NCBI GenBank assembly: GCA_964016885.1
Contig: OZ024743.1
Location: 35,960,001 to 36,024,000, forward strand
Reading direction: 5' to 3'
From: Eledone cirrhosa
Lineage: Eukaryota
DNA length: 64,000 nt
In this document: positions 27,877 to 42,306 of the stretch, piece after piece
Numbering within the stretch: position 1 is the stretch's first letter
Layout of the letters: each line of letters starts with the position of its first letter
Notes under the pieces: generated by a model
Told to the model about the DNA's origin: nothing
Database searches by the model: none
The model's input: the letters and a program-made list of their open reading frames with translations, nothing else
Program-made: the position numbers and the translations under genes

Positions 27877-28226
27877 AGAAACAATTATTAAACTTCGAAC
27901 CCAGTTGACCAGAGTGACACTTTCGTTAAACAGTGAGGAAAACCACAGACAATCTCTATAAATACCACCTCCTCCTCACCGCCTTCCTGCTTGTTGCTCA
28001 TGTTATCATCGCTTCGATGGCTGCTAAATCACAAGGAAGCTATATTTTTCATAACACCACGCCGGGTGTCGATAACAATAAAACACCCGTCAGGTGTCGA
28101 TAAGAATAAAGCACCCGGATGTAAATTCCCCGGATATCGATTACTCGCTCCAATGTATCAATAAAACGGCAAATCAAAACTTATAACTGAGAAATGTTAA
28201 ATATTAGATGATTGATTGATAGTTTG

Positions 28227-28284
<58 letters not shown>

Positions 28285-28337
28285 CAGTAGTAGTAGTAGT
28301 AGTAGTAGTAGTACTGATGGTGATGATGCTGGTGAGG

Positions 28338-28387
<50 letters not shown>

Positions 28388-28533
28388 CCTGATCAAGCAG
28401 ACACTTGCTCTGACCATACCACCTTTTTCCATTGACCAGTGAAACCAGGGTCACATCCAATATGTCCTTTTATGAAATGTTGAGGTGTAGATTATTGGAG
28501 GTTTGGCTGCCATTTTATGGTAATGCTGTTGTT

Positions 28534-28569
28534 GGTGGCGTTTCAGAACGGCCTTTCCTATGGTGGTGG

Positions 28570-28600
<31 letters not shown>

Positions 28601-29215
28601 GCTGTTGCTGTTGTTGGTGGCGTTTCAGAACGGCCTTTCCTATGGTGGTGGTGGTGTTGTTGTTGTTGTTGTTGTTGTTGTTGCTGTTGCTGTTGTTGGT
28701 GGCGTTTCAGAACGGCCTTTCCTATGGTGGTGGTGGTGTTGTTGTTGTTGTTGTTGTTGTTGCTGTTGTTGTTGTTGCTGTTGCTGTTGTTGGTGGCGTT
28801 TCAGAACGGCCTTTCCTATGGTGGTGGTGGTGGTGTTGTTGTTGTTGTTGTTGTTGCTGTTGTTGTTGTTGCTGTTGCTGTTGCTGGTGGCGTTTCAGAA
28901 CGGCCTTTCCTATGGTGGTGGTGGTGTTGTTGTTGTTGTTGTTGTTGCTGTTGTTGTTGTTGCTGTTGCTGTTGCTGGTGGCGTTTCAGAACGGCCTTTC
29001 CTATGGTGGTGGTGGTGTTGTTGTTGTTGTTGTTGCTGTTGTTGTTGTTGTTGTTGCTGTTGCTGTTGTTGTTGCTGGTGGCGTTTCAGAACGGCCTTTC
29101 CTATGGTGGTGGTGGTGTTGTTGTTGTTGTTGTTGCTGTTGTTGTTGTTGTTGTTGCTGTTGCTGTTGTTGTTGCTGGTGGCGTTTCAGAACAGCCTTTC
29201 CTATGGTGGTGGTGG

Positions 29216-29292
<77 letters not shown>

Positions 29293-29332
29293 TTGCTGTT
29301 GTTGGTGGCATTTCAGAACGGCCTTTCCTATG
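28534..29332. repeat. Compound minisatellite: nine conserved cores separated by variable (GGT)(GTT/GCT)n tracts
   Basis: Core GGTGGCGTTTCAGAACGGCCTTTCCTATGG starts at 28534, 28616, 28698, 28792, 28886, 28977, 29077, 29177 and 29304. Confidence 0.95.
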
Positions 29333-30013
29333 GACTGGCTGTTGTTGTTGTTGTTGTTGCCGCTGTTTATGTCACCTTGTAACGAACTATTATTGTTGTT
29401 TTTGTCTCGGATATTGTTATTTAGCTAATTCAATTTACACCTCTTATCAAGGATTATCGGGTGTGTGTATGAATATATATGTGTGTGTCAATGTATACAT
29501 GTATTTGTATACTCGTGTGTGCGTGCGTGTGTGCGCGTGTGTGGATGTGTGTGGGTGGGAGGGGTGTAGGCGCGATATAATATTCCATGAATAGGACATA
29601 TCATGGCTCACCAGCCCATGCAGTCATCACATGTAGTGTCTAATCCGAACAATTGTGGTAAGCTAATCAAATACACGGCATGTTCTGCACCATATAAAAC
29701 ACACATTAGCAAGACATTCGTGAAAAGTACAAAAAAGCACTATCTGTGCATCACGTTAAAGATTAAAGTATTTACTGCAAATTTTCACAACGATCTTTCC
29801 TCAAATGAAAATACTATTATAAACAAACTATAATTTACAAACACAACATAAAATATTTCCTTCTAAATTATTACAGTGTGTGAAGAGTTAATTATACAAT
29901 GTCCTCTACTATTCCAACTGTTAGTAAATTTGTAACTTCGTCTATGCTGCATATTTCTAACGAGGTGGAATCTAAAGGCAGCAAATGTTAAACCTCTAAA
30001 CCACAGGCATACC

Positions 30014-30088
<75 letters not shown>

Positions 30089-30194
30089 TATATATATATA
30101 TGTGTGTGCATATATTAGTTAAATGTTAATTAGTCTCTAATACATATATACATACATACACACATACATACATACATACATATATATACATACA

Positions 30195-30438
30195 TCATGG
30201 CTGCCCCCCTCGTTATTAATAATTATTAATTAATTCTATCGTGCAATGCCTGTGCGTGAAGATATTTTTTAAAGTGAGGAAAGACTGTGCACTGAGCCAA
30301 TCCCACTCTCTGAGCGACAGTAGCTATAACCCGAAAAGAAGAAAATATCAACATCATCGGTAACTACTGAGCCGCAGGTTTTATATCGGAGTTATCCCAG
30401 TTTCCTGAGTTGCCTTCTCCTAGAAGAATGCCCTGACA
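30195..30438. mobile_element. Shorter, diverged homolog of the 2259-2646 element
   Basis: Shared termini and internal blocks; embedded in (TACA)/(TA)n. Confidence 0.6.
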
Positions 30439-30459
30439 AACATACATACATATATATAA

Positions 30460-30517
<58 letters not shown>

Positions 30518-30961
30518 CTTTACATATATTTATATATATATGCATATATATATATTTATATAAGCAAGATGATACTATCGAAACACCAAAAGCTTAACCG
30601 TAGGGGAGAAAATCCTTATATATATATACATATATATATATATGCATTATATTACGTATATACATACATATATATGTATACTATATAGTCACATATATAG
30701 TATGTATGTATGTATATATGTATGCATGTATGTACGGACGTATGGATGTTTGGACGTATGTATCAGGGGAAGTAATCAAGGCCCCAAAACATGCAGCGTT
30801 TCCGGTGAGTGGCAACTGGGAAATTTAACAACAGTGAAGGCGTCCAGTTTCCTGCGAACCACCAGGAGATTGATTCCACATCAAAGCTGGCGGCACTGGT
30901 GTCCCACATGAAAGAAATTAATTAGGGGAGAAATATGAACAAATTTTAATATCGAATCCAG

Positions 30962-32141
30962 GATGATGGCGGTGTTGGTGGTGGTGGTAGACATAGTAGG
31001 GGGATAATGGTGGTGATGTGTGTTGTGGTGGTGCTGGTGACGATGCTGTTGTTGTTGTTGGCGGTGCTGGAGTAGTAATAGTTGTGGAAATGGAGGAGGA
31101 GGAGGGGGGGGAGGAGGGGGCGTAATGATGGTGATGATGATGATGATGATGATGATAGATCTTGATTTGAAGCAGATTTAGTTTTTAGCTCTAGCTGGTC
31201 ATGTGACCACGAATAAGCTCCGCACCCCATCGCTCATTTGTTGCTAATGATGGTGTTGTTGTTGCTAGTGGTGGTTGTGGTAGTGGTGGTGGTGGTTGTG
31301 GTGGTAGTGTATGATGGTAGTGATAATTGTGTTGGTGGAAATAGTGATGATGAAGGTCGTGTTGCTGGTAGTGATGGTGGTGGTGATGGTGGTGGTGGTT
31401 GTGGTGGTGGTTGTGGTGGTGGTTGTGGTGGTGATGGTGGTGGTGGTTATGGTTGTTGTTGTGGTCTATGGTGGTATTGCTGGTAGTGATGGTGGTGGTG
31501 ACGGTGGTGGTGACGGTGGTGGTGACGATGGTGGTGTCGGTGGTGGAAGAAAAGGTTCCATTTGTTCAAGAGTAAAGCGCCATCTAGCGACATGGAGTGA
31601 TCTTTGTTTTTCTTTCATTGATGTTGAAATTATGTCATTAGTAAGTTGATCTCTTTATTTTTACACGGCTTTCTGCACACAGATGTACATATGTATGTGT
31701 TAACTCAAACACACACACTCACATAACTACACATAAGTACACATAAGTACGCACAAGTACACATATGTACACATATGTACACATATGTACACATAAGTAC
31801 ACATATGTACACATAAGTACACATATGTACACATACAAGTGCTATAAATATACAAACTCACAAACGCATAGACATACTCAGACACAAACACAGACACACA
31901 CATATATGATGTATATATGTATATATATCATACATATTCATATATTTATATACATATCCAAATATATATATGTATATATTCTGTGCATGTGAATTTATAT
32001 ATATATATATATATACACTCATATATATTTATATATTTTGTGTATGTGAATTTATATACACACGCACACACACACAGACACACACATATATATACACACA
32101 TATATATATGTATATATGTATATATATGTATATATATGTAT

Positions 32142-32188
<47 letters not shown>

Positions 32189-32969
32189 CACACAAACATA
32201 CACATTCACATATACGTATACGTTTGCTAACTCCCACTCCTTCCATAAATAGCATCCTCTTTTACATCCCACCACTATAACTAGTGTTATCACCACCACC
32301 AACCACCACCATCACCTCCACCATCGCCACCACCACTACATCACCACTACATCACCACCACCAATACCAGCACCACCACCATCATCACCACCACCACTAA
32401 ATCACCACCACCACCACCACTACATCACCACCGCCACCACCACCGCAATCACCACTACCACCACCATCATCATCATCATCATCATCATCAGCTGCAGCAT
32501 TTCCAACCCAATAACCACCATCACCACTACCACTACCACCACTACCACCACTACCACCACCACAACCACCACCACCACCACTACCACCATCACCACCATT
32601 ACCACCACCACCACTACCACCACCACTACCACCACCACTACCACCACCACTACCACCAGCACCACCAGCACAACCACTACCACCACCACCATTACCTACA
32701 CTACCACCACCACTACCACCATTACCACCACTACCACCACTACCACCAGCATCACCAGCACCACCACTACCACCACCACCACTACCGCCACTACCACCAC
32801 CACTACCACCATTACCACCACTACCACCAGCACCACCAGCACCACCAGCACCACCACTACCACCACCACCACTATCACCACTACCACCAGCACCACCAGC
32901 ACCACCACTACCACCACCACCACCACTACCTCCACTACCACCACCACTACCACCATTACTACCACTACC

Positions 32970-33000
<31 letters not shown>

Positions 33001-33540
33001 CTACCACCACTACCACCAGCACCACCACCACTACCACCACTACCACCAGCACCACCACCACTACCACCACCACCACCTCTACACACAGTATCCACTCCAT
33101 TCCCCCACCAACCCACAGAGTCAGTGTAACGTCAAATGAAGTCAACAAGCCGGGTTAAGAAGAACTTGAATGGTAATGGTGAATTATGTAAACCACGAAC
33201 GTTAACCCCCGAGAGTCGGCGAGATTCCAATAGTATCGCCACCATCACCATTACCATTACCACCACAATCACTACCATCATCATTACCACCACCACAACC
33301 ACCACCACCACCACCACCACCACCACCACCACTACCACAATCACCACCATCACCACCACGACAATAACTACCACCACCACAATCACAACCACCACCACCA
33401 CCACCACCGCAATCACCACAATCACCACAATCACCACCACCACCACCAACAACAAAACAACAACAACAACATCAACGATAACGACAACGACAACAACAAC
33501 AATGCCACCACTGGTGGTGGTGGTGGTGGTGGTAGTAATT
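30962..33540. repeat. Degenerate (GGT)n then (CCA)n trinucleotide fields with small unique islands and a 10-bp GTACACATA(A/T) array at 31727-31833
   Basis: Directly visible low complexity. Confidence 0.85.
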
Positions 33541-33646
33541 GTAGGGTGTGTTATTAAGGGCTAGTGAGTGTTGGGGTGGGGTGTGTAAGTAGCAGGGCGT
33601 GAGAACATGGTACCGGCATATCGTAATTGTCAACTAATGCCATACT

Positions 33647-33753
33647 ACCTTTATATGTATGTATGTATGTATGTTTGTATGCTTGTATGCTTGTATGTAT
33701 GTGACATACATATAAACATATACACATACATGCATACATATAAGATCTTGCAT

Positions 33754-33820
<67 letters not shown>

Positions 33821-33945
33821 ATATATATATATGGATGCAAGATTTTATATGTATGCATGTATGTGTATATGTTTATATGTATGTCACATACATACATACA
33901 AGCATACAAACATACAAACATACAAACATACATACATATAAAGGT
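33647..33945. repeat. Long imperfect palindrome centred on (TA)n
   Basis: Arm acctttatatgtatg...gtgacatacatataaacatatacac...atcttgcatccata is mirrored at 33828-33945. Confidence 0.85.
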
Positions 33946-34272
33946 CCAGAAATAGCCGTCGAAACGGCTTGAGCTCAGCCGTCGGGGTCCTACTCGTTCC
34001 TATATATATATATATATATCTGTGTGTGTATGTGTATACATGTGCATACATGTGTATGTACTGTATTTAGGAGTACACACACACACACCCACATACACAC
34101 ACACACGCACATACACACACACACACATGCATACATACATACATGCATACGTATATATGGGAGGAATATTTGAAATTCTATAAATGGTAAAAGGATAAGC
34201 ACAAAGTCCTCGCTAATTGTAAGAGCCATTCTCGGTGAATTATAAGTGGCAAGCTGTATGCAGCGGTATACC

Positions 34273-34452
34273 TAATTGTTTCTACTTTTGGCACAAGACC
34301 AGCAAATACCCCCAGTATATTACTGGTACTTTATTTTATCGACCTCGTAAGGATGAAAGGCGAAGTTAACCTCGGCGGGATTTGAACTCAGATCATAAAG
34401 GGGCGTAACTCTATGCTACAAAGCATGGCGTCCGACGCTTTACCGATACTGC
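34273..34452 (-). mobile_element. Major-family SINE
   Basis: Matches consensus. Confidence 0.85.
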
Positions 34453-36285
34453 TCACATAATACTCTTTCACATGATGGTCCATTTAGAGTCTTAGAAGTT
34501 CCGACCAGAAGACGAATTGATAGAGTATGTAGGGCGTCTGATTAAACACGCCTCGACATTTGTTCTGGCTCAATGCACTCTCAATGCCTTTCATCCTTTC
34601 AAGGTCGATAAATAAAGTACCAGTACTGAGGATCTAGTCTTCTTTCCTGTATCTCTCTCTCTCTCTCTTTCTCTCTTTCTCTCTTTGTTTCTCTTTCATT
34701 CTTTGGAGGGGTGAATTCCGCCAGGTTTAAAACCCTCCAACCACACCGTATGTCAGGACGACATCCCCACGTCTTCATCAGGAGTGTATGGCTCTTTACC
34801 TAGTTTCGGTCAGATCCAATTGTTTTAAAGTATTTTGGCAATCGATTGATGCAGCATTTGTTTGAGGGACATGAAGGAATATTAGCTGGTTAGCCTACTG
34901 GTCCACATTGAGTTTCATTGCATGAACCTCTATCTGATCCTTAAACCTATTAAATCGAATCGCCATCACATTACATCCTTCTATTTCAATAAAAAATATA
35001 GATGGATTCATATAATGAATAGTAGACTACGCTAAATGCACCCAAGAACCAGGTGGTGGTGTTAAATCGGGCGGTGGATTAAGTCTACCGCTCAAGTAGG
35101 TTGCACAGATATTTGAACTCAAATTGCAAAGAGTCGGAATAAATACTACAAAAGAATTTTGTCCGACATTCTAACAACTTCACCAACCTACCTGGAATGG
35201 TACCTTATTTTATGGACCAGGAAAGGTAGAAAGGTACCATGGATAGCCACGGGATTTGAACAGAAAACGCAGACAGCCGGAACATACACTACAAGAACCT
35301 TTGGCCTATGTTCTAAAAACTCTTCTAATTCGTTGGGAGAATGAAGGTTACGTAAGAATTTCTAGAGTTCAGGGGCACTGTGTGCTGTGTGGGTGAAGGG
35401 AACTGGGGTTTAAGAGTGAAACACATAAGGATCTAACAATAGAAGTAGAGATGAAGGCATCGGATGTAATTGGGAGGAGGTTGTACACAGCTTCTTGGCG
35501 AGGTCGGAGAAGGAGAAAACGTTGTAATAACTGTAGAAGAGACACAATCAGGATATATGACACACGTGCAGCTGTCCTTATTGTTATTGCTGTTGTTTAA
35601 CTGGAAGCTATCCCTAATCGAGTAGAACTATTGGTAGAGTTATTCCGGCAGTAACAGTTTCACCTATGATCAAACGTGTACTGCTTCAAAGCATAAGGTG
35701 TAATTTAAGAGGGATTTCGACTGTTATTTCTTGTAGAACCAGCGAACAGATAGAAGTTCCGTCGTCGGTTCGAAATTTAGCCAGAATGTTTGTATGTGTA
35801 TGTAACATGTTTCGTCTCAATCTCATCTTTAATCGACTTAAGGAAGACGTATCAGAAACAAAGCGAAACAAACTCGCGAGTTTTTGCTCGACGTTTCGGA
35901 CAGTGATCTTTTGACAGGGAAAAAAAAAAATTAAAAAAAGGAAAGAAAAAAATTTAAACTAGAGGAGAAATGTATGCGCTTTGAGTAGTGTCACACATGG
36001 TATTTTTCTTCCGAGTGTGGGTGTCAAACAGAAAGAAATAGACCGCATATATAAATAGACATAAAAAGACAGGATAACTGTTGAACTACATGGTATTGTG
36101 GTGGTTGGTACACACGGACGTGAATCGACCTGTAAATAGCTTCTTTCCCATAGGACAATTTTCACTTCTTTTCTTCTATATACTGACTTTATCACAGCTT
36201 GTTTCTTTGTTCATGTTCAAGTTGTTTAATTTGTATAAATATATCATTAGAGCATGACTGCCTACACACACTCACTCACACTTTC

Positions 36286-36397
<112 letters not shown>

Positions 36398-36757
36398 GTC
36401 TATCTATCTATCTGTCTATCTAACTAACCCACCTCTCTCTATATATATCCATTTACCCCGCGTGTGTATAGATAAATCAAGTTAAGAAACAACAGTAAAC
36501 AACTAACACCAATCGCCAAGAGAGTCTTCTTGGTTGCTCGAACGGATGGTAGCCCTAACTCTCTCCAATCCTTCTCTTACTGCTTTAAACAAAGGAAAAC
36601 ATATTGTATAACGTAGTCCTGAGTTTGTATGTATGGTCCCGTAACTCCTGATAGAGTCGTATTTACATACGGCGTTTCTTGGGCATTTAAAGCCTGGTGG
36701 AGCTCATCCCTCTCTCCAGGCATGAGTACAGCAGATTTCTTTCAGAGAAAGATAGAA

Positions 36758-36835
<78 letters not shown>

Positions 36836-37674
36836 GAAGTGAGAAAAAATATAGAGGAAGAATCGACCCCAGTACAAGACTGGTACATTTTTATCAACCT
36901 CGAAAGGATGAAAAGCAAAGTTGATCTCGGCGGAATTTGAACTCCGAGAGCAGAGACCCAGAGCGAATACTATAAAGTATTCTATCCAACGTTCTAACGA
37001 CTCTGCCAATTCGCCGCCTAGTCCTGAGTACATTACACAAAAATATGATTAGATACCGTCATGGCTGGAACGCCTATGATTATAGATCTGCTTCATCGGA
37101 GTAAACTTGAAACGACCCCGCCAAACACACACGTGCGCGTACACATACATTTTCTTAATATATAAATGTGAATGGTTGTATATTCCAAGTTGTATATTCC
37201 ATATGATAGTTATGCACCTAGGTTATTGAAATTCTCTATAAGGGCCCATCTTTACAAGGACAAGGTCATAGGTTATGAGAACTTTTTATGAAAACTGTTT
37301 CTTTTAGCTCCAGACAGAAACAAATTATTAAAAAGACTAACAATATTGTATACCCTAAACGCAGTAATAAGCATTGGTAAAAATCACTACTGATTAAAGA
37401 AATAATTCATCAGGAGCAATTATGTAAATTAATAAAGTATTTTTAAAAAAAAGCATGTTTTTACAGGAAATGAAAAACATGGGAACATAAAATTATATGT
37501 TCTATATTTATTTGTTTATTTTTGCACAGTTTTATTGAAGCTCATTTTGAATCACCTTCTAGATGGCTTTGATACAACAATTCTGAGTGAATCAACATTT
37601 CTGGATCAAATAGAACGCGGCGGTACCTATTTAAAGCCTTTTTAACCCCCCCCCCATAGTGAATACATGTAAAT

Positions 37675-37713
<39 letters not shown>

Positions 37714-37858
37714 AATGAGTGTATACTAACACGAACTTACTATCTTACAGATAGTGTATTTCTCTTGTTACATAAGTGTATGTATATATAGAAAACATAG
37801 GTAGAAGAGAGAGAGAGTGAGAGAGGGGGAGAGGGAGAAAGAGAGAGAGAGAAGGAGG

Positions 37859-37913
<55 letters not shown>

Positions 37914-38215
37914 TTGCAGTGTGTTCCACCTGACTTTTTTCCTCATAACTTTCTCAGTGTATACTTTACAAAAATATTTTTGTTGGTGTAGATAACGATT
38001 ATGTTGATAAAATAAAAAATAAAAATGGTCATTTTCACTTACAGAAAATACCGGAAGTTCTATGTGATGTTAAGACGAAGGATTATCAAAGTTTTATTTA
38101 TAGAAGACGCCATGTATACCCGTATATAAACACTGTTCTGATAAATATACAAACTTATACGCATACGTTTCTGTAGACACGCACACATACATACACACAC
38201 ACACGCACACACACA

Positions 38216-38239
38216 AAAAATTATAATCATGCATAAAGT

Positions 38240-38273
<34 letters not shown>

Positions 38274-38411
38274 TAGATATATATATATATATATATATAT
38301 AGATAGATATATACGACTACATAAATGTAAAAACGCGCGCGCGCACACACACACACGCACACACACACGCACACTCACACACACATAAAAAGGTATAATC
38401 ATGCATAGAGT

Positions 38412-38459
<48 letters not shown>

Positions 38460-38567
38460 TAGATATATACGACTACATAAATGTAAAAACGCGCGCGCGC
38501 ACACACACACACGCACACACACACGCACACTCACACACACATAAAAAGGTATAATCATGCATAGAGT

Positions 38568-38603
<36 letters not shown>

Positions 38604-38975
38604 TAGATATATACGACTACATAAATGTAAACGCGGGCGCACACACACCCATGCACATGCACACACAGAGGTACACACACAGAGCAAAAATTATAATCAT
38701 GCATAGAGTGACATATATGTATATATATATATGTATATATATATATTATCTGATGAGAGGGTACCAACATTTTGGTACCCTTGTATATATATAATAAAAT
38801 AAATATGGTTTTATAAATATAGTTTCCATTTATTAACATCATTGATATTATACTCCAGAAAAACTGTAGAGTGCTTCGAATCTGTTATAAATAAATTTGT
38901 TGAATAACCAACAAATTATATATCTCTTTGCTTATGTATATATATATACGACTACATAAATGTAAAGGCGCGCAC
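38216..38975. repeat. Tandem repeat of about 145-175 bp, four units with internal (TA)n and (CA)n; unit 4 interrupted by a family B element
   Basis: tataatcatgcatagagtgaca-(TA)n-tacgactacataaatgtaaa-gcgcgcacac repeated. Confidence 0.85.
38746..38799 (+). ncRNA. Family B hammerhead, GAAA degenerate
   Basis: ttat-CTGATGA-gagggtaccaa cat tttggtaccctt-GTA..tatata-ataa; downstream tail matches 49370-49510. Confidence 0.6.
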
Positions 38976-39017
38976 ACAGACACTCACACACACACACACA
39001 CACACGCACACACGCAC

Positions 39018-39058
<41 letters not shown>

Positions 39059-39242
39059 GAACGACTAGTTACAGAGAAACGGAGAAATTAATTTGAGGGA
39101 TGAAGCAAGGCATTGTGACGACAGAAATTCGACGACCAATCAGTGGAGAATGAGTGGGCGTGGGAGGAATATTTGACTCACGTAAAAGGGCATGGCAAAA
39201 GAAAAATATATTTTTAGTTGGAGGATGTTCAGAATGGCACTT

Positions 39243-40248
39243 TGGTAGTTGCAAATCGGTAGAGGGCCGGACGCCATGCTTTGCAACATAGAGTTACGGC
39301 CCTTTATGATCTGACTTCAAATCCCGCCGAGGTGAACTTTGCCTTTCATCCTTACGGAGTCGATAAAATAAAGTACCATTTCCTAAATTAAAGTACCAGT
39401 CACGCACTGGGGTCGATTTAATCGACTTTCCCCTCCCCCAAAATTGCTTACCTTGTACCTATATAAGAAACCAATAATTAATATATTCTTTGTTCATGTA
39501 TACTCTTTTATTCTTTTACCTGTTCCAGCCAGTCGGCTGAGGCCATGCTGGGGCACGGCCCTTGGAACATATTATTTTAATTATCAATTGTATCTATTTA
39601 TGGCTGTTGTAGCTTCCTGGTCCCGGCAGATATAATAGTTTTTGATTTAGGCACGAGGCCAACAATTTTGGGGGAGGGGAATTTCGATTAAATCGATCCC
39701 AGTGCATTGCCGGTGCTTTATTTTATCGACCTAGTAAGGATGAAAGGCAAAGCTAACCCCAACAGGATTTGAACTTAATTCGATTTTAAAGGGGCGTAAC
39801 TCAATACCATAAAGCATATTGTCTGAAGCTCTACCGATACTGCTAGGCGGATGTTATGACGACTGCCTTACACGAGAGGATGGTGAGGGAGATATATTGA
39901 AAGGCCCAGTCACATACGCGCGGATGACCATCTTCATCGTCATCGCAGTTGGTAGGGAGGTGGTTTGGGGACTCAGGATGCCACACTAAAACTATATTGA
40001 TAGAATAAACTCACAATATGAATAATGGTTTCTTATATAATAATTTCTACTTTAAGCACAAGGCCAGCAATTTTGGGGGAGGGGAAAGTCGATTAAATCG
40101 ACCCCAGTGCGTGACTGGTACTTTATTCTATCTTCCCCGTAAGGATGAAAGGCAAAGTTAACCTCGGCGGGATTTGAACACTGACTATAAAGGGCCGTAA
40201 CTCCATGCTGCAAAGCATGGTGTCCGACCCTCTACCGATACTGGCAAT
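39243..40248. mobile_element. Three major-family SINEs (+39243-39475, -39635-39845, -40040-40248)
   Basis: Consensus blocks present in both orientations. Confidence 0.82.
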
Positions 40249-41367
40249 GATACATAATTATTTTATGCAGGGGTTAGATAAGACATGAAAATAATTTCAA
40301 GGGTTCCACAAGGTTGAGAAACGCTGGTCTAGATACTGGGATTCACAATGAAAGGTCATTGGGTGCCGTTTAAAATTTTGTAGTTTTGTTTCGTTATTAA
40401 CGTTGGTTCCAACGACTGGGAGAAAATGTACTCCATAACCCGAAGTAATGATTAGTAGTTCTATAGCCTCATCAAGTTGCCTGTTACTTTGGAATTTCCC
40501 CAGCATATGGTCTATTCGAAATCTGTCTACGAACCTTTATGTATATTTGCATATGTATTTATATATATATATGGACATACATATGCACATATATAAATAT
40601 GAACATGCATGTATGTATGTATGTTCTTCTGGTTTTATAATTTCACAAATTTTTGCCAATAGAGAGAGTCGGTTTCTAACAAGACTCTCTCATTGGAATT
40701 TAAACAACATCAACTAGGTAGATATGTATGCATGTGTGCATGCATGCATGTGTAGATATGGATGTTATTGTATGTGTGGATGTGGATGTTTTGAGTTGTA
40801 TGTGTGCATATGCATACGCTTTGTATCTGTATATGTATATAAGCAGCTATTAGATGCAAAATCTTTGGAATGTTTTATATATTTTTACTGTTCCATTAAT
40901 GGATTATACTTGTAATTTCCTAACTAGTTGTGTTCTTTCTGTTCCTGTGAAGCCCAGCTGCTCAAGATTTGTACTGAGGCAGTTACTAATATATCCCAGT
41001 GTCCCAATAATCAGTTATAAATCTGAAGGTATAGTCAGGGTGGAGTATCTGCAGATATGTAAGTATATATGTATGTATTTATGTATGTATGTATATATGT
41101 ATCTATCAACATAGAGAAATTTCTTCCTATCAGAAGTGTGGAAAACAATGCATATTGTACAATGGACATTGGACCTCAACGTTAAAGCTGACCAAGACAA
41201 AACAGGGAACCAAAGTGGAAGCAATGTTCATTACCGCAGCATAAACAGAAAGGGATGTAATTCCTTGACAGGGTTGAAGAGTCATGTTCCTGTCATCCGG
41301 GTGTGAGAGGGATCGATCAGATGGTGGTAGTTCTTAAAATCAAGCTGCAGGCCTCATGTATATATAT

Positions 41368-41421
<54 letters not shown>

Positions 41422-41443
41422 CCAGGGAGTGTTATATATATAC

Positions 41444-41581
41444 GTATATTTGAAAAAAAGGAAAAGAATTGTAGTTCTAAATAATTTGATTTAATTTTAT
41501 AATATTATAATATTATAAAATTAAATCAAATTATTTAGAGCTACAAATGAAGTCATTCTTTTCCTCTTCTTTCAAATATAC
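41444..41581. repeat. AT-rich fold-back palindrome
   Basis: gtatatttgaaa..ggaaaagaat..tgtagttctaaataatttgatttaattttataata mirrored, with a small insertion in the right arm. Confidence 0.8.
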
Positions 41582-41656
41582 CTAACTGTACCAAGGATCT
41601 AACACATTTTCAAATATACATATATATATCTATATTTACATCTCTCTCTCTCTCTC

Positions 41657-41748
<92 letters not shown>

Positions 41749-41751
<3 letters not shown>

Positions 41752-41985
41752 TTCATGGAGAGACCAAGTTAGCGATAAGGTAGTGATGAGGAGGTCAGGA
41801 TTGGACAGGTTAAGGGACATTGCCCGGAAAAGGAGACGGCGGTTCGCGGGCCACATCCTTCGTTTGCTGGCTGATCGACCTGCTCATATGGCAATATGAG
41901 CAGGTCTAGAAAGGCCGCCAATGACAGGATCAAGTGGAGGAGGGCTCGTCGCCCAATGTTCCACAGGGGACTGGTGGAACTAAGA
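41749..41985 (+). mobile_element. RTE-type LINE 3' end fragment (second RTE family)
   Basis: ISWRDQVSDKVVMRRSGLDRLRDIARKRRRRFAGHILRLLADRPAHMA...AANDRIKWR; flanked by (TA)n. Confidence 0.75.
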
Positions 41986-42004
41986 TATATATATATATAT
42001 ATAG

Positions 42005-42036
<32 letters not shown>

Positions 42037-42212
42037 GTATATACATATATATCCGTATGTGGTTGACGATTGAGAGGAATTGTTTTAAAATTCATTTTAT
42101 TAAGGTCAAATAGTGAGTCTTGTTGCTCTGGAGTTTTGCCTGCGAGACTCCACAGTAATAAGACTCACTATTTAGCCTTAACAAAATGAATATGTATATG
42201 TATATATATGTA

Positions 42213-42306
<94 letters not shown>

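Noticed and set aside
28400-28480. CDPGFTG EGF-like motif on the minus strand
   Set aside because: The other EGF cysteines are missing and the frame is short and bounded by stops.
28534-29332. CRISPR array, or a real poly-Cys/Leu/Val protein
   Set aside because: Spacers are microsatellite variants rather than unique sequence, there are no cas genes and the context is eukaryotic. All three frames are open only because the repeat has no stop codons.
30777-30810. Micro-exon ending CCG|gtgagt
   Set aside because: No polypyrimidine acceptor; chance donor match.
32397-33564. Gly-rich 239-aa and Thr-rich 142-aa ORFs
   Set aside because: Translations of degenerate (CCA)n; no signal peptide, splice or homology support.
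34700-34790. CTGATGAAG on the minus strand as a hammerhead
   Set aside because: No correctly placed GAAA, stem III or stem I; isolated CTGATGA hits at 287, 10106, 10324 and 45539 were rejected for the same reason.
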